A stretch of DNA of 64,000 nt, taken from NCBI GenBank assembly GCA_012842045.1, contig DUTP01000006.1, positions 10,979 through 74,978 on the forward strand, in the 5' to 3' direction. Positions 45,941 through 55,732 of this stretch are shown one piece after another. Position 1 is the first letter of the stretch. Each line of letters begins with the position of its first letter. A model generated the notes under the pieces. It was not told the DNA's origin. It saw nothing but the letters and a program-made list of their open reading frames with translations, and did not search any database. The translations under genes and the position numbers were made by a program. The stretch comes from Candidatus Dojkabacteria bacterium. GTDB lineage: Bacteria > Patescibacteriota > Dojkabacteria > SC72.

Positions 45941-47398
45941 ATGAATAAAGGAAGAAAAAATAAAAAAGCATTGATACTTCTAATAGTCTTGTGCCTTTTT
46001 TCATTTTTTGTTGTAAAAGCTACAAAAAAGATGGAAAGAGATTTAGAGCCGAAAAAGGAAATAACAAGTGAAGTTTTGGAGTGTTCTACATGTGGGGAAT
46101 CTAGTAGTTTAGAAGAAAACTTGGAAGAGGATTTAACAGAAAATATTTTGTTAGTAGATAAAGCGGATACAATTGATATTACAGATATGGTATTGGGTAC
46201 GGATTCGGGTGGGGGGAGAATCTCTTGTAGGGGCTTAGAAAAAAACCCCTCTCTTAAATCCTTAAGGTATGTGTGTTCTACTGAGAATGCAGGTAATGTG
46301 TCGTTTATTCTTCCTCCTGAAATTAGAGATTCTGGGGGAGCAGCTGTACTGACTAGGGGGTTGACAGAATTTAAGATTACGAAAATAACCTATCCTCTCG
46401 CTTTTGGTCTTGGTCAATATAGGTATATAGATAGTAACAAACAGATTAGGAAAAAATCTCCTGATTATAGGTCCAATGGTCAGCAAATAGATACAGCATA
46501 TGTGTCGAAAACATTGGCACCTAATGAAGTAGATGACTTTGAAGAAAATATTTCTGGTACTGTTAAAAAAGCTTTTGAAGTAGAGGCTAAAGTTGATCTT
46601 AAATCAACAGCTAATACAAAGGATGAAAGTGGAAATTCTAGAATGTATATTGTTGAGAATATCGAAGGAGATCCTGAGTGTATGTTTAAAGATCAAAAAT
46701 GCTCAACTATACCTGAATTTGCAGTTTCAGATTACAACATCGGGAAATCGAATCGTATAGCTTACTATGCTGGCTATGACAGTGGGCAAATTCCTGGTGG
46801 TGATGAGATACTAAATGAAATTGATATGGATGATGTTCCTGTAGAGAAGGAGTGTTTAGTTGAAGGAGAAGACTACAAGGCAATAAGTAAAGGTAAAAAA
46901 ATTCTTTGCAACGATACTGCTTTATCTGTTCTTTGGGCTACTTTTAAGGAGTCTTTTTCTTCTAGTGAGATTGAAGCTTGTCGTCCAATGGGTTATTGTG
47001 AAAGAGCAAAAAAGGTTGCGATAAAGATGACTCCTATATTTGGCGAACCAGATGAATGTACAAAAGACTTATGTGCAAATGCATTTCTCTCTCAAACATA
47101 TAGGCAAACGCTTTCTCCTGCAGAATCTATAGAGACGAGTACAGTAAATCCTGATAAACGAAAAAGTATAATGTTTTTTGTTGCTACAGATTGCTCAGTT
47201 TTGGTGGATTTAAAGACTGTAGATGTATATTGTCTTTGGGATGCATCTCCAACACTTTTAAACTATAATCTACAAGCAAAGGACAAGTCTCCTAATCAGG
47301 AAGACTTTCCTTGGAACTTTAATCGTTATTGGGCTAGTGTGTCAGGAGCAATAAACTGGTCTGATGAGAATGGTTATAAAATAGGAAACGAACATTAA
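45941..47398 (+). CDS. Cys-rich membrane-anchored extracellular protein, unknown function
   Basis: 485 aa, N-terminal TM (ALILLIVLCLFSFFVV), about 20 Cys spread over the ectodomain. Confidence 0.5.
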   Translation: MNKGRKNKKALILLIVLCLFSFFVVKATKKMERDLEPKKEITSEVLECSTCGESSSLEENLEEDLTENILLVDKADTIDITDMVLGTDSGGGRISCRGLEKNPSLKSLRYVCSTENAGNVSFILPPEIRDSGGAAVLTRGLTEFKITKITYPLAFGLGQYRYIDSNKQIRKKSPDYRSNGQQIDTAYVSKTLAPNEVDDFEENISGTVKKAFEVEAKVDLKSTANTKDESGNSRMYIVENIEGDPECMFKDQKCSTIPEFAVSDYNIGKSNRIAYYAGYDSGQIPGGDEILNEIDMDDVPVEKECLVEGEDYKAISKGKKILCNDTALSVLWATFKESFSSSEIEACRPMGYCERAKKVAIKMTPIFGEPDECTKDLCANAFLSQTYRQTLSPAESIETSTVNPDKRKSIMFFVATDCSVLVDLKTVDVYCLWDASPTLLNYNLQAKDKSPNQEDFPWNFNRYWASVSGAINWSDENGYKIGNEH

Positions 47399-47414
47399 AT
47401 TAATATCTTTTAAA

Positions 47415-48746
47415 ATGAAAAAAACATTAAACATTCTTCTCTTTATAATTCTTCTCTTTGCTTTTTCTCCATTTGCAATATTTGCTCAAGAAGAAGAGGA
47501 AGCTGAAGAAAGTGAAAAGATAGATAAAAATATAGTATATATGGAATCTGTAGAACTCTCAGACACTCTTAGTGAGAACGAAACAAAAGCAGAAAATGTA
47601 GAGAGAGGTTCCATGAAAACTATAGCAGGGATGTCTCTGAGTCTCTTTATGTCGGCTTGTCCAGATTGTTTCGAAGGAGAACTACCAGAAGAATTAGAAG
47701 GGAGAGGTTTAACAAATATAGTAGATGGGCAAATAGCTAAACTGTTTAATAATCAACCGCGAGTAGATCTAGTTGCTCACCTAGCAGATGAATGGGTGCC
47801 AGGGTACAAGCATGTAGGTGATAGTGTATATGCAGGTGGTTTTGGTGACTTAGAAGAAACAAAGATAGCAGGTCTTTGGACTAAAACTAGAAATATAGCG
47901 TATCTTGGTTATGTGGTAATTATGATTATTGTAGGCTTTATGATAATGTTCAGAAACAAGATAGGAGGACAGGTAATGGTTACAGTTAGTAACTCCATTC
48001 CTAGGATTGTTGTTTCCCTCATTCTGGTTACATTTAGTTTTGGGATAATCGGGTTGATTATAGACTTTGGTGGTGTAGTAAGATCCATTATTGATAGTAT
48101 TTACTTTGGTGGAGAGTCAGGTATAGATGTTCATAATCCTTTCTTTCTAGTAGGAGGGTTTCTTGGGAGAAATGAAGGTACAGCAATAACCAGTGCTTTG
48201 GGAATTGCTGGTATAGTTATTATGATTGTTAAAACCTTCAACCCTCTTGGTCTCTTGTTATCACTTATGGGGCTAGTCGTTCTATGTGTAGTACTTTGGG
48301 GTGCTATAAAACTTTGGATAACACTCCTAAAATCTTACTTTGGAATGCTAATTAATATTGTAACAGCTCCACTTGCGATTCTTTTTGGTTCTTTACCAGG
48401 CAATGAGGCTTCTTTGTTTAATGTATTTAAATCTGCTCTTAGAAATGTTCTTGCATTTCCACTTGCTTATGCCATTGTTAATCTTCCATATGTATTAGAA
48501 GATCAAGGTGTCGTATTGTCTTTTCCTGAAACTTTAGTCCATGCATCGACAGATGATACAACTTTCCTACCTAATCTCTTAATTGAGATAGCCAAAGTAA
48601 TGGCAATATATGCAGCAGCTGCAGCTCCAGAAATATTAAAAGCAATTATCCCTGCTACAGGATCTAAAGCAGGAGAGGAGATTGGCAAAGCATTGAAGGA
48701 GAATGTGTCGAAAACACCGTTAATAGGGGGACTATTTAAGTCTTAG
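47415..48746 (+). CDS. Polytopic membrane protein with a cleavable signal peptide, VirB6/TrbL-like topology. Tentative.
   Basis: Signal peptide MKKTLNILLFIILLFAFSPFAIFAQ. Acidic periplasmic segment of about 150 aa. 5-6 Gly/small-residue-rich TM helices. Short C-terminal tail. Confidence 0.45.
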   Translation: MKKTLNILLFIILLFAFSPFAIFAQEEEEAEESEKIDKNIVYMESVELSDTLSENETKAENVERGSMKTIAGMSLSLFMSACPDCFEGELPEELEGRGLTNIVDGQIAKLFNNQPRVDLVAHLADEWVPGYKHVGDSVYAGGFGDLEETKIAGLWTKTRNIAYLGYVVIMIIVGFMIMFRNKIGGQVMVTVSNSIPRIVVSLILVTFSFGIIGLIIDFGGVVRSIIDSIYFGGESGIDVHNPFFLVGGFLGRNEGTAITSALGIAGIVIMIVKTFNPLGLLLSLMGLVVLCVVLWGAIKLWITLLKSYFGMLINIVTAPLAILFGSLPGNEASLFNVFKSALRNVLAFPLAYAIVNLPYVLEDQGVVLSFPETLVHASTDDTTFLPNLLIEIAKVMAIYAAAAAPEILKAIIPATGSKAGEEIGKALKENVSKTPLIGGLFKS

Positions 48747-48777
48747 TTTAGGTTATAAAAACATTTAGGGAAACAAT

Positions 48778-51411
48778 ATGTCAAAGGATCAGTATCAGGG
48801 GGCATTAGATTCTATCTTCAATTTCATCTTTACAGAATCTAAGAAGCCTGCTAACAAGGTGAAACCGGTAAAAGTTACAGGTGTTGATGGTAGCAATGAA
48901 TTTATGGATGCAGTTGCAGCCGTGTTGGAGAACCCCTTACTTTTTGTTAATGATACTACCAAAAATGCATTTGAAGGTTTAATTAATCCAGACATAGCAA
49001 CTGTGGACCTAGGTCCTAATGAGAAAGTCAAGCTATCTCTGAAAGATGTTGGTAGTGTGTTAAAAGGAGATACCTCTTTTATAGATAAACAGCTTAAGAA
49101 ACTAGAAGCTAATCGTAAAAAAGGAACCCTAGAATGGGCAGGAGAAGAACTCTCGAATATAGTGGCAACAGCATGGGCTAAAGAACATGGTCTTGATATT
49201 ACAACCCGAGATGCCCTCATGAATATGTCTAAATCGGCAGATGCAGGCGGTCTTAGAGACTTAAATACCTCAGCTCTCAGTAAAGCCTTAGCAGAAGAAT
49301 TACTGGCCCGAGGAGTAAATTTCGATAATATGCAAGAAAGTGCTTTCAAGGCAGCCTTTGGAGAGAAAGAAGGAGGTCTCATCTACAGCTCTTTACAGAA
49401 GGTAGTAAAAGAATACAAAGAAGCACAAACCACTGGAAGAAGTACGAAGGAGATTTTAGATTCAATAGATAATAATCATTACACAATCCTCTATCCAGTC
49501 TTTCAGAGTAAATACATGGAAGAAAAGGCGGAGGAGGAAGAAGAGAAAGGAGATGAAGAGAAAGCCAAGTACTATCAACAAGCACAAAGAGCGATAGATA
49601 TATATACACAGGGCTCTCTTAGAGATAGATACCTCCAAAGAATGCAATTTAAACTTCAACAAGAAGAAAGAGAGATACGTGATTTATTAGCATCCGGCAA
49701 ACCAGTAAGCAGAGAGAGAATTAATAATATGAGAAGAGAAGCTAGTCGAATGCGGGCAGAGATCCGTATCTTAAAAGGTCATGATCTGGCTAGGAGATTT
49801 GGTAAATGGGAAGGACATTACAAATCAGTTAAAGGTTTGTATGAACAAACAACAGGAGGTCAACTCCTCCCTGCAATTCTAACAGGAGACTTCTTTGACC
49901 CTAGAAAGAATACAGTATGGGGTCTTCAACCTACTCAAGAGATGGATTTCAAGTATGGTAATTTTCTTGTAGATGATAAAGATGGTTTTATTAAGATTAA
50001 AATAGCTAAAATATATGATGAAGTAGAGGTAGATGAATCAGGCAAGGTTATAGAAGGTAAAGGTGTTAGAGGTCCTCTAGGAAGAAAGGTTAAAACCCTA
50101 AGAGTCCCCTCCAGAAGCCTAAGCAAAGCATACAATCAAATGATGACTGACATTTACTATCTAACTCCAGCAGTTCTTGTTAGAACTTTAGGTACAGGTG
50201 AAAGATTTGCATACAAGGCACATAGGCAAGTAGAAAACTTCTTGGATAAATATAAACATCTGTTTCCTAATCTAGACTTAGAAAAACTCTTCGGTCCTGA
50301 TGGTGAAAACTACCTTGTTACATTCTCCAACCTAGAAGATTTTGCTAAATTAGAAGAGTTCTTTAGGAAAAATAAAAGACTTAGAACACTGGCATATAAC
50401 TTTGGGGTTCTTGATAGGACTAAGAGAAAAATAACAAAATTTTTACGGGAAAAAATAGATCATTGGTTTGGAGCATTAAGAGGTTCTCTAGGTAATTGGT
50501 TACTTAAGAGAATACAGGGTCCAGGGGCTAAAAACCTGATAGAGCAATGGATGAAGAAAGGGGCATTTAAAGTACTGATAGAAGGTATAAAGATGAGTAT
50601 TAAGACAGCTCTTGGTATTACAACTTCTACATGGGGACTTATTGTTAGCTTTGTAATAGATAGGTTTGCTGATATAGCACGTAGCATAGGTGAGAAGGCA
50701 CTAAGTCCCATATTAAAAATTATTTTTACAGTGATAATCTTTACATTGGTGGGAATAATAGGTCTTGGAACCTTGTCTCTCACCTCTTTATATATGAATA
50801 CGAGAAATATGTATTCTCATGTAGCACCAAAGGATGTGATTGTAGGAGATGCTGATTTAGATATAGCATCTTCCTCTCCTTTGCCTTGGGATTGGGATGG
50901 TGACCTTGATGATATACCTGTTCCTGAAGATTGTAATCAAATATTTGAGTTTGCCGCTGGTATCTTAGGTATTTTTGATGTTCCTTTACAATGTACATCA
51001 TATTCGGATAGTACTTGGTGTATAGCTACAAGGAAAGCTATTCAGTGTGATTGTAGTAAGGTGTGTTCTTCGAATCCTCAAGCTGTTTTTTGGCTTGCTA
51101 CACACGAATATATTCATATCTTACAATATAGAGGACCTATAGGTTATGGGCCAAATCCCAAAATATCAGAATGGGGTGCTGACTATTTATCTAAGAATGG
51201 AGGTGCCTATATGTGTCAGTCTGAGTGGGGTTATCTGAGAGCTACAGAAATAGGGGAAGCTATTATGAATGCATATCCTGGTATTTGTACAAGAGCAGAA
51301 CTCAGATTTATAGCACTCCGACAAAAAGCATCTGGACCTTGTTATCGGTTACTTGATAGAGGGATCTCTTATTGTAAACTTGGTGATTGGATTGTTTATG
51401 GAAGTGGTTAA
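48778..51411 (+). CDS. Giant 877-aa protein: soluble N-terminal region with coiled-coil, TM segment(s), C-terminal Cys-rich domain with an HExxH (zincin-like) motif
   Basis: No signal peptide. Coiled-coil and charged region (EEKAEEEEEKGDEEKAKYYQQAQRAID...RMRAEIRILKG). Strong TM (ILKIIFTVIIFTLVGIIGLGTLSL). C-terminal approximately 200 aa carry about 14 Cys and the motif FWLATHEYIHILQY. The 5' portion looks locally GC-richer, and a 195-aa antisense ORF runs at 48795-49382. Confidence 0.55.
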   Translation: MSKDQYQGALDSIFNFIFTESKKPANKVKPVKVTGVDGSNEFMDAVAAVLENPLLFVNDTTKNAFEGLINPDIATVDLGPNEKVKLSLKDVGSVLKGDTSFIDKQLKKLEANRKKGTLEWAGEELSNIVATAWAKEHGLDITTRDALMNMSKSADAGGLRDLNTSALSKALAEELLARGVNFDNMQESAFKAAFGEKEGGLIYSSLQKVVKEYKEAQTTGRSTKEILDSIDNNHYTILYPVFQSKYMEEKAEEEEEKGDEEKAKYYQQAQRAIDIYTQGSLRDRYLQRMQFKLQQEEREIRDLLASGKPVSRERINNMRREASRMRAEIRILKGHDLARRFGKWEGHYKSVKGLYEQTTGGQLLPAILTGDFFDPRKNTVWGLQPTQEMDFKYGNFLVDDKDGFIKIKIAKIYDEVEVDESGKVIEGKGVRGPLGRKVKTLRVPSRSLSKAYNQMMTDIYYLTPAVLVRTLGTGERFAYKAHRQVENFLDKYKHLFPNLDLEKLFGPDGENYLVTFSNLEDFAKLEEFFRKNKRLRTLAYNFGVLDRTKRKITKFLREKIDHWFGALRGSLGNWLLKRIQGPGAKNLIEQWMKKGAFKVLIEGIKMSIKTALGITTSTWGLIVSFVIDRFADIARSIGEKALSPILKIIFTVIIFTLVGIIGLGTLSLTSLYMNTRNMYSHVAPKDVIVGDADLDIASSSPLPWDWDGDLDDIPVPEDCNQIFEFAAGILGIFDVPLQCTSYSDSTWCIATRKAIQCDCSKVCSSNPQAVFWLATHEYIHILQYRGPIGYGPNPKISEWGADYLSKNGGAYMCQSEWGYLRATEIGEAIMNAYPGICTRAELRFIALRQKASGPCYRLLDRGISYCKLGDWIVYGSG

Positions 51412-52405
51412 AAATTTTTTTAAAAAATATAAGAAGTATATTCTAATAGGTTTAGCTGTTGGTTTAACTGTTGGACTGATTGCTTTTTGGGAAGTTAAAT
51501 CTCGAAGTGAAATCGGAGCCGACCCCAAAAATAAAGAGCTTCTCTCTCCTTTTTGGGACTTATTAGATCATCCAACCTTGTCACTACCTTCTGATATTGT
51601 AATATATACGGAAGAAGAGATTCCTGTGTATGACATTCTGCCCTACAAAGGGAATGTTTTAAAGATAATTCAGAAGTTTGATGAAAATATAGAGATAACA
51701 TCTGACACTTCCAACCTTATAGAAACAGAAAACATCTTAGCCTCATATACTGAAAATGTGGGAGTTTTAGAGGTATATTTAAAAACCCATGCTTTCACAT
51801 TTACAGTGAAAAATAACCAGGATGTTTCTAATCTAATTAAAGGTATCTTTGGGTATGAAACAAATCAAGAAAGTATTGTCATGAAAAGGATAGAAGAAAA
51901 TATTATTTTTCAAGGGAGATACTTAGTAGAAAGCTCTTCGAAGGAAGAGTTTGGTTCTATGCAGATAGACTCTTACGCCTACAGAATTGAAACAGAAAAA
52001 GATGGTAGTGTTAAACGAATAGTTATATTGCTATACAATAACAACAGTATTAATACGTATTCAGTTTATCCTCCTGTAAGTATTAGGGAAGGACTTAAAA
52101 AAGGAAATGCCTACTATACAAAACCCCTATATCAGGATTTTGATAAAGAGGATTTTTCGGGGTTGGAATTTCTTAAATATTTTTCCAGAACAAAATCGGT
52201 TTCTGTTAGGAAGACTAGTAAAGTATATATTTTACCAGACTACAATTATTCCTATCTGTACCCAACATATGTTATAGAAGGGGATGCTAAATTAGAAGAC
52301 TTTCTTGGTAATTCTCATATTGGGGAATCGTTAATATATGTATTGGCAATAGATTCGCAATATCTCAAAAAGAGTGTAGAAGAACTCGAGCCTATCTCGA
52401 ATTAA
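51353..52405 (+). CDS. Membrane-anchored protein of unknown function
   Basis: 350 aa. N-terminal TM (ILIGLAVGLTVGLIAFW). It overlaps the upstream gene, so the likely start is the internal MEVVKN Met at about 51398. Confidence 0.45.
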   Translation: MIEGSLIVNLVIGLFMEVVKNFFKKYKKYILIGLAVGLTVGLIAFWEVKSRSEIGADPKNKELLSPFWDLLDHPTLSLPSDIVIYTEEEIPVYDILPYKGNVLKIIQKFDENIEITSDTSNLIETENILASYTENVGVLEVYLKTHAFTFTVKNNQDVSNLIKGIFGYETNQESIVMKRIEENIIFQGRYLVESSSKEEFGSMQIDSYAYRIETEKDGSVKRIVILLYNNNSINTYSVYPPVSIREGLKKGNAYYTKPLYQDFDKEDFSGLEFLKYFSRTKSVSVRKTSKVYILPDYNYSYLYPTYVIEGDAKLEDFLGNSHIGESLIYVLAIDSQYLKKSVEELEPISN

Positions 52406-52536
52406 ACAAAATTTCGGAAAAAGACAGAGAATATACAGTACCAGCATTGGTTTTTCTGAATGCTATAGATCCGAAATACATTGAAACTGAAACAGAAAAG
52501 TAGAAAAATAAAAACATACAGTGTACAATCAAGTAT

Positions 52537-53712
52537 ATGAAATTATTTAAAAGAACAATAATTACTCTCTTACTATTTCTGCTCTCCACAACAGGTGCTT
52601 TCGCTCTTACGTCTTTTTCTGCTACAACTCTTCAATTTGACACGAGCCTAACTGAAGGAGCTGATCAGGTATATACAACTCCGGAGAAAATATATATATC
52701 ACAAATTACAACAAAGTCAGAACAGCTATCTCAAGACCCTGAACTTTGGGTTAAATCCCTCTACTATTACTATATCACTAGACTCTACATTCCTGACTTA
52801 CCATACACATATCTGCTTGATGAGAATGGAATAATATATCAGGGAAAAACAGGGGGACTAGGGGCTAATTTACAGGAAAATGATCTTGATAATGCTGTTT
52901 TAGTGGGGTACTTATCGAACACTCCTACTCTGACGGTAAGAGCAGAAACCTCTTTGATAGAGATGGTTGGTGAGATAGCTCATGCGTGGGGTATCTCAAC
53001 AGTTAAACCTGTAAAAGTAAATATTATAAAGGAAGAAAATAAAATGTCTGGGATAAAGATAACGGATGCTCCTTTTGAATTTACAACAGCTATTAACAAC
53101 CTTTTCAAGGATTGGAAGGGATACACAGAAGAAAACCTTAACTACAAAGCTACGATAGAGGAGGTCATTGCGCCTATGGAGTCTGAAATAGGTAGTAGAG
53201 TGACAGTAAAAGTGAAAATTACAAATGAGAATGACTTTCCATGGTTTACCGATAGAGATCCAATATATGTTTCTACAAAAGATGGAAAGGAAAGTTCCCT
53301 TGCTATAAATCAACTCTGGCCTAGTTTTAGTAAACCAGTAGAGATATCTGATAGAAGTATAAAGCCAAAAGAGACATTTGAAATTGGCTTCGAGATTGAA
53401 GCAAAAGTTCTTACAGGAGAAGTCTTCCAGACCTTTGTTTTACAAAAAGTAGATGGGGAGCCATTTGAAGGCTCAGAGTTTGAGGTGAAGTTCGATGTTG
53501 TGAAAGGTGATAAGACTCTTGTACAGGTAGTATCCCCAGAGTTTGGGTTTGTAAATGTTCGTAAATGTAGATGGGCAAGTTGTGAGATTTTAGATAGCCC
53601 AAAGGAAGGCACCATATTCATTCTCTTGGGTGAAGAAGCAGGTTGGTACAAGATACAATATGCACCTGGAGTAGAAGGGTGGGCAATGCTTAGATATTTT
53701 AAGAAAATATAA
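52537..53712 (+). CDS. Secreted protein with a degenerate PGRP/amidase_2-like domain and a C-terminal SH3b domain
   Basis: Signal peptide MKLFKRTIITLLLFLLSTTGAFA. YTYLLDENGIIYQGKTGGLGANLQENDLDNAVLVGYLSN...PTLTVRAETSLIEMVGEIAHAWGI resembles the amidase_2 core, but the Zn-ligand His residues are not evident. The C-terminus GFVNVRKCRWASCEILDSPKEGTIFILLGEEAGWYKIQ is SH3b-like. Confidence 0.35.
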   Translation: MKLFKRTIITLLLFLLSTTGAFALTSFSATTLQFDTSLTEGADQVYTTPEKIYISQITTKSEQLSQDPELWVKSLYYYYITRLYIPDLPYTYLLDENGIIYQGKTGGLGANLQENDLDNAVLVGYLSNTPTLTVRAETSLIEMVGEIAHAWGISTVKPVKVNIIKEENKMSGIKITDAPFEFTTAINNLFKDWKGYTEENLNYKATIEEVIAPMESEIGSRVTVKVKITNENDFPWFTDRDPIYVSTKDGKESSLAINQLWPSFSKPVEISDRSIKPKETFEIGFEIEAKVLTGEVFQTFVLQKVDGEPFEGSEFEVKFDVVKGDKTLVQVVSPEFGFVNVRKCRWASCEILDSPKEGTIFILLGEEAGWYKIQYAPGVEGWAMLRYFKKI

Positions 53713-53725
53713 ATATTCAGTAGAA

Positions 53726-55732
53726 ATGGTTACCAATGATATTCTTAAGGGGTTAAATCCCCAACAAAAGAAAGCTGTTATGTGTACAGAAGGACCACTT
53801 CTAGTTTTTGCTGGTGCAGGGTCTGGGAAGACCAGAGTGATTACAAACAGAATTGCATATTTAGTTAGTGATAAAAACGTATCACCAACCAATATTCTTG
53901 CTGTTACGTTTACTAAAAAAGCAGCAGGAGAAATGCAGGAAAGAGTTGAAGAAATACTGAAAGATATTGGAATGCTTAAGAAAGGGGTTCCTACAATTGG
54001 GACATTCCATTCTATTGGAGCAATGATATTAAGACAAAATGCTAAAGCAGTTGGTTTAGATAATAACTTCTCTATTTATGACTCAGATGATTCTGATAAT
54101 ATGATAAAAGATTTATTAATAGAAAGAGATATTGATATAAAACAGATAAAACCTAAATCAGTATCATACTTAATTAGTAATGCTAAAAATCAGATGATTT
54201 CCCCTGAAAATTTCTCTAACTACTTCTACGGTTTTATTGAAGATACAGTTGCTGAAATCTATCCTCTCTATCAAAAACAACTTCAAGCTCAAAATGCTGT
54301 AGACTTTGGAGATTTACTCTATCTAACAGTTAAACTTTTACAAGAAAATGAAGATATTAAGGAAAAGTATCAGGATAAATACAAATATCTATTAATAGAT
54401 GAATACCAAGACACAAATGAAGTGCAATACAAATTTGCAAAACTACTCTCTGAAAAACATCAAAACATATGTGTAGTAGGCGATGATGACCAAGGAATAT
54501 ATGCATGGAGGGGTGCAAATATCAAAAATATACAATCATTTGAAGATGATTTTGAAAAGGTAAATGTTGTTAAACTTGAACAAAACTACAGATCTACTAA
54601 GAATGTAATACAAGCTGCAATAAGTGTAATACAACAAAATAATAGTAGGGTGGACAAAGTTCTTTGGACAGACAATAGTGAAGGAGAAAAAATCACAATA
54701 TATCAAGCTATGGATCAAGAAGATGAAGCTGAATATGTTGTAAATAATGCAAAACTTCTCCAACAAAGGGGTGTTCCTTTAAAGAATATGGCTGTACTAT
54801 ACAGAACAAACTATCAATCAAGAGCAATAGAAGAAGCTCTACTTAAATTAGGACTCCCTTACAAATTAGTAGGAGGATTTAGATTCTATGAAAGGAAAGA
54901 AATTAAAGATATCATTAGTTATCTCAGATTCTGCTTTAACCAGAAAGATGAATTAAGTCTAGATAGAATATTGAATACTCCACCAAGAAAGATAGGTCCA
55001 AAAGCTAAGGCAGAGCTATATTCATTCGCGAAAGAAGCAGGTTTAACTTTAGGCGAGTTTATCATAGGTGCATATCTTGTTGATAATAAAGAATTCATAG
55101 AGAAAGTAAACATAGAGGAAGGAAAAACAATAGAGATTGGGGAGATTAAAGAGAAGTGGAGTAAGTATCAATCTGTTATTACTCTGTTTGGTAACCTTTT
55201 CTTCTTTGCGAAAAGTACAAATCTTTTACAATTGATAGATACCATAGTAGAAAGAACTGGATATATACAATGGTTTGATGATGGTACAGAAGAGGCTCTA
55301 ATGAAGAAAGAGAATATAATGGAGTTAAAAAGTGTGGCATCGTCATATTCAAGTAAATATGGAGAGAAAAGTTTAGAGGTATTTCTAAATGAAATTAATC
55401 TGATAGAACAAGAACAGGATAAAAACCAAGATGGAACTGGTAATTATATTAATCTAATGACACTACACTCATCAAAAGGTCTTGAATTTGACTATGTATT
55501 TATGGTTGGAGTTGAAGAAGGTTTATTACCACACTCAAGGTCATTTTTAGAAGAAGATGATTTGGAAGAAGAGAGAAGGTTGTGTTATGTAGGGATTACA
55601 AGAGCAAAACAGAAGTTATTTATCTCATTTGCAGAAAAAAGGATAACTAGAGAAGGATTCTCGTCGCAAATACCGTCAAGATTCTTAGGGGAAATACCAC
55701 AAGATATTTGTGAATATTATAGTTACAAATAA
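53726..55732 (+). CDS. pcrA: ATP-dependent DNA helicase, UvrD/PcrA family
   Basis: LNPQQKKAVMCTEGPLLVFAGAGSGKTRVITNRIAYL (motifs Q and I), DEYQDTN (II), the remaining helicase motifs, and C-terminal GITRAK. Confidence 0.9.
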   Translation: MVTNDILKGLNPQQKKAVMCTEGPLLVFAGAGSGKTRVITNRIAYLVSDKNVSPTNILAVTFTKKAAGEMQERVEEILKDIGMLKKGVPTIGTFHSIGAMILRQNAKAVGLDNNFSIYDSDDSDNMIKDLLIERDIDIKQIKPKSVSYLISNAKNQMISPENFSNYFYGFIEDTVAEIYPLYQKQLQAQNAVDFGDLLYLTVKLLQENEDIKEKYQDKYKYLLIDEYQDTNEVQYKFAKLLSEKHQNICVVGDDDQGIYAWRGANIKNIQSFEDDFEKVNVVKLEQNYRSTKNVIQAAISVIQQNNSRVDKVLWTDNSEGEKITIYQAMDQEDEAEYVVNNAKLLQQRGVPLKNMAVLYRTNYQSRAIEEALLKLGLPYKLVGGFRFYERKEIKDIISYLRFCFNQKDELSLDRILNTPPRKIGPKAKAELYSFAKEAGLTLGEFIIGAYLVDNKEFIEKVNIEEGKTIEIGEIKEKWSKYQSVITLFGNLFFFAKSTNLLQLIDTIVERTGYIQWFDDGTEEALMKKENIMELKSVASSYSSKYGEKSLEVFLNEINLIEQEQDKNQDGTGNYINLMTLHSSKGLEFDYVFMVGVEEGLLPHSRSFLEEDDLEEERRLCYVGITRAKQKLFISFAEKRITREGFSSQIPSRFLGEIPQDICEYYSYK

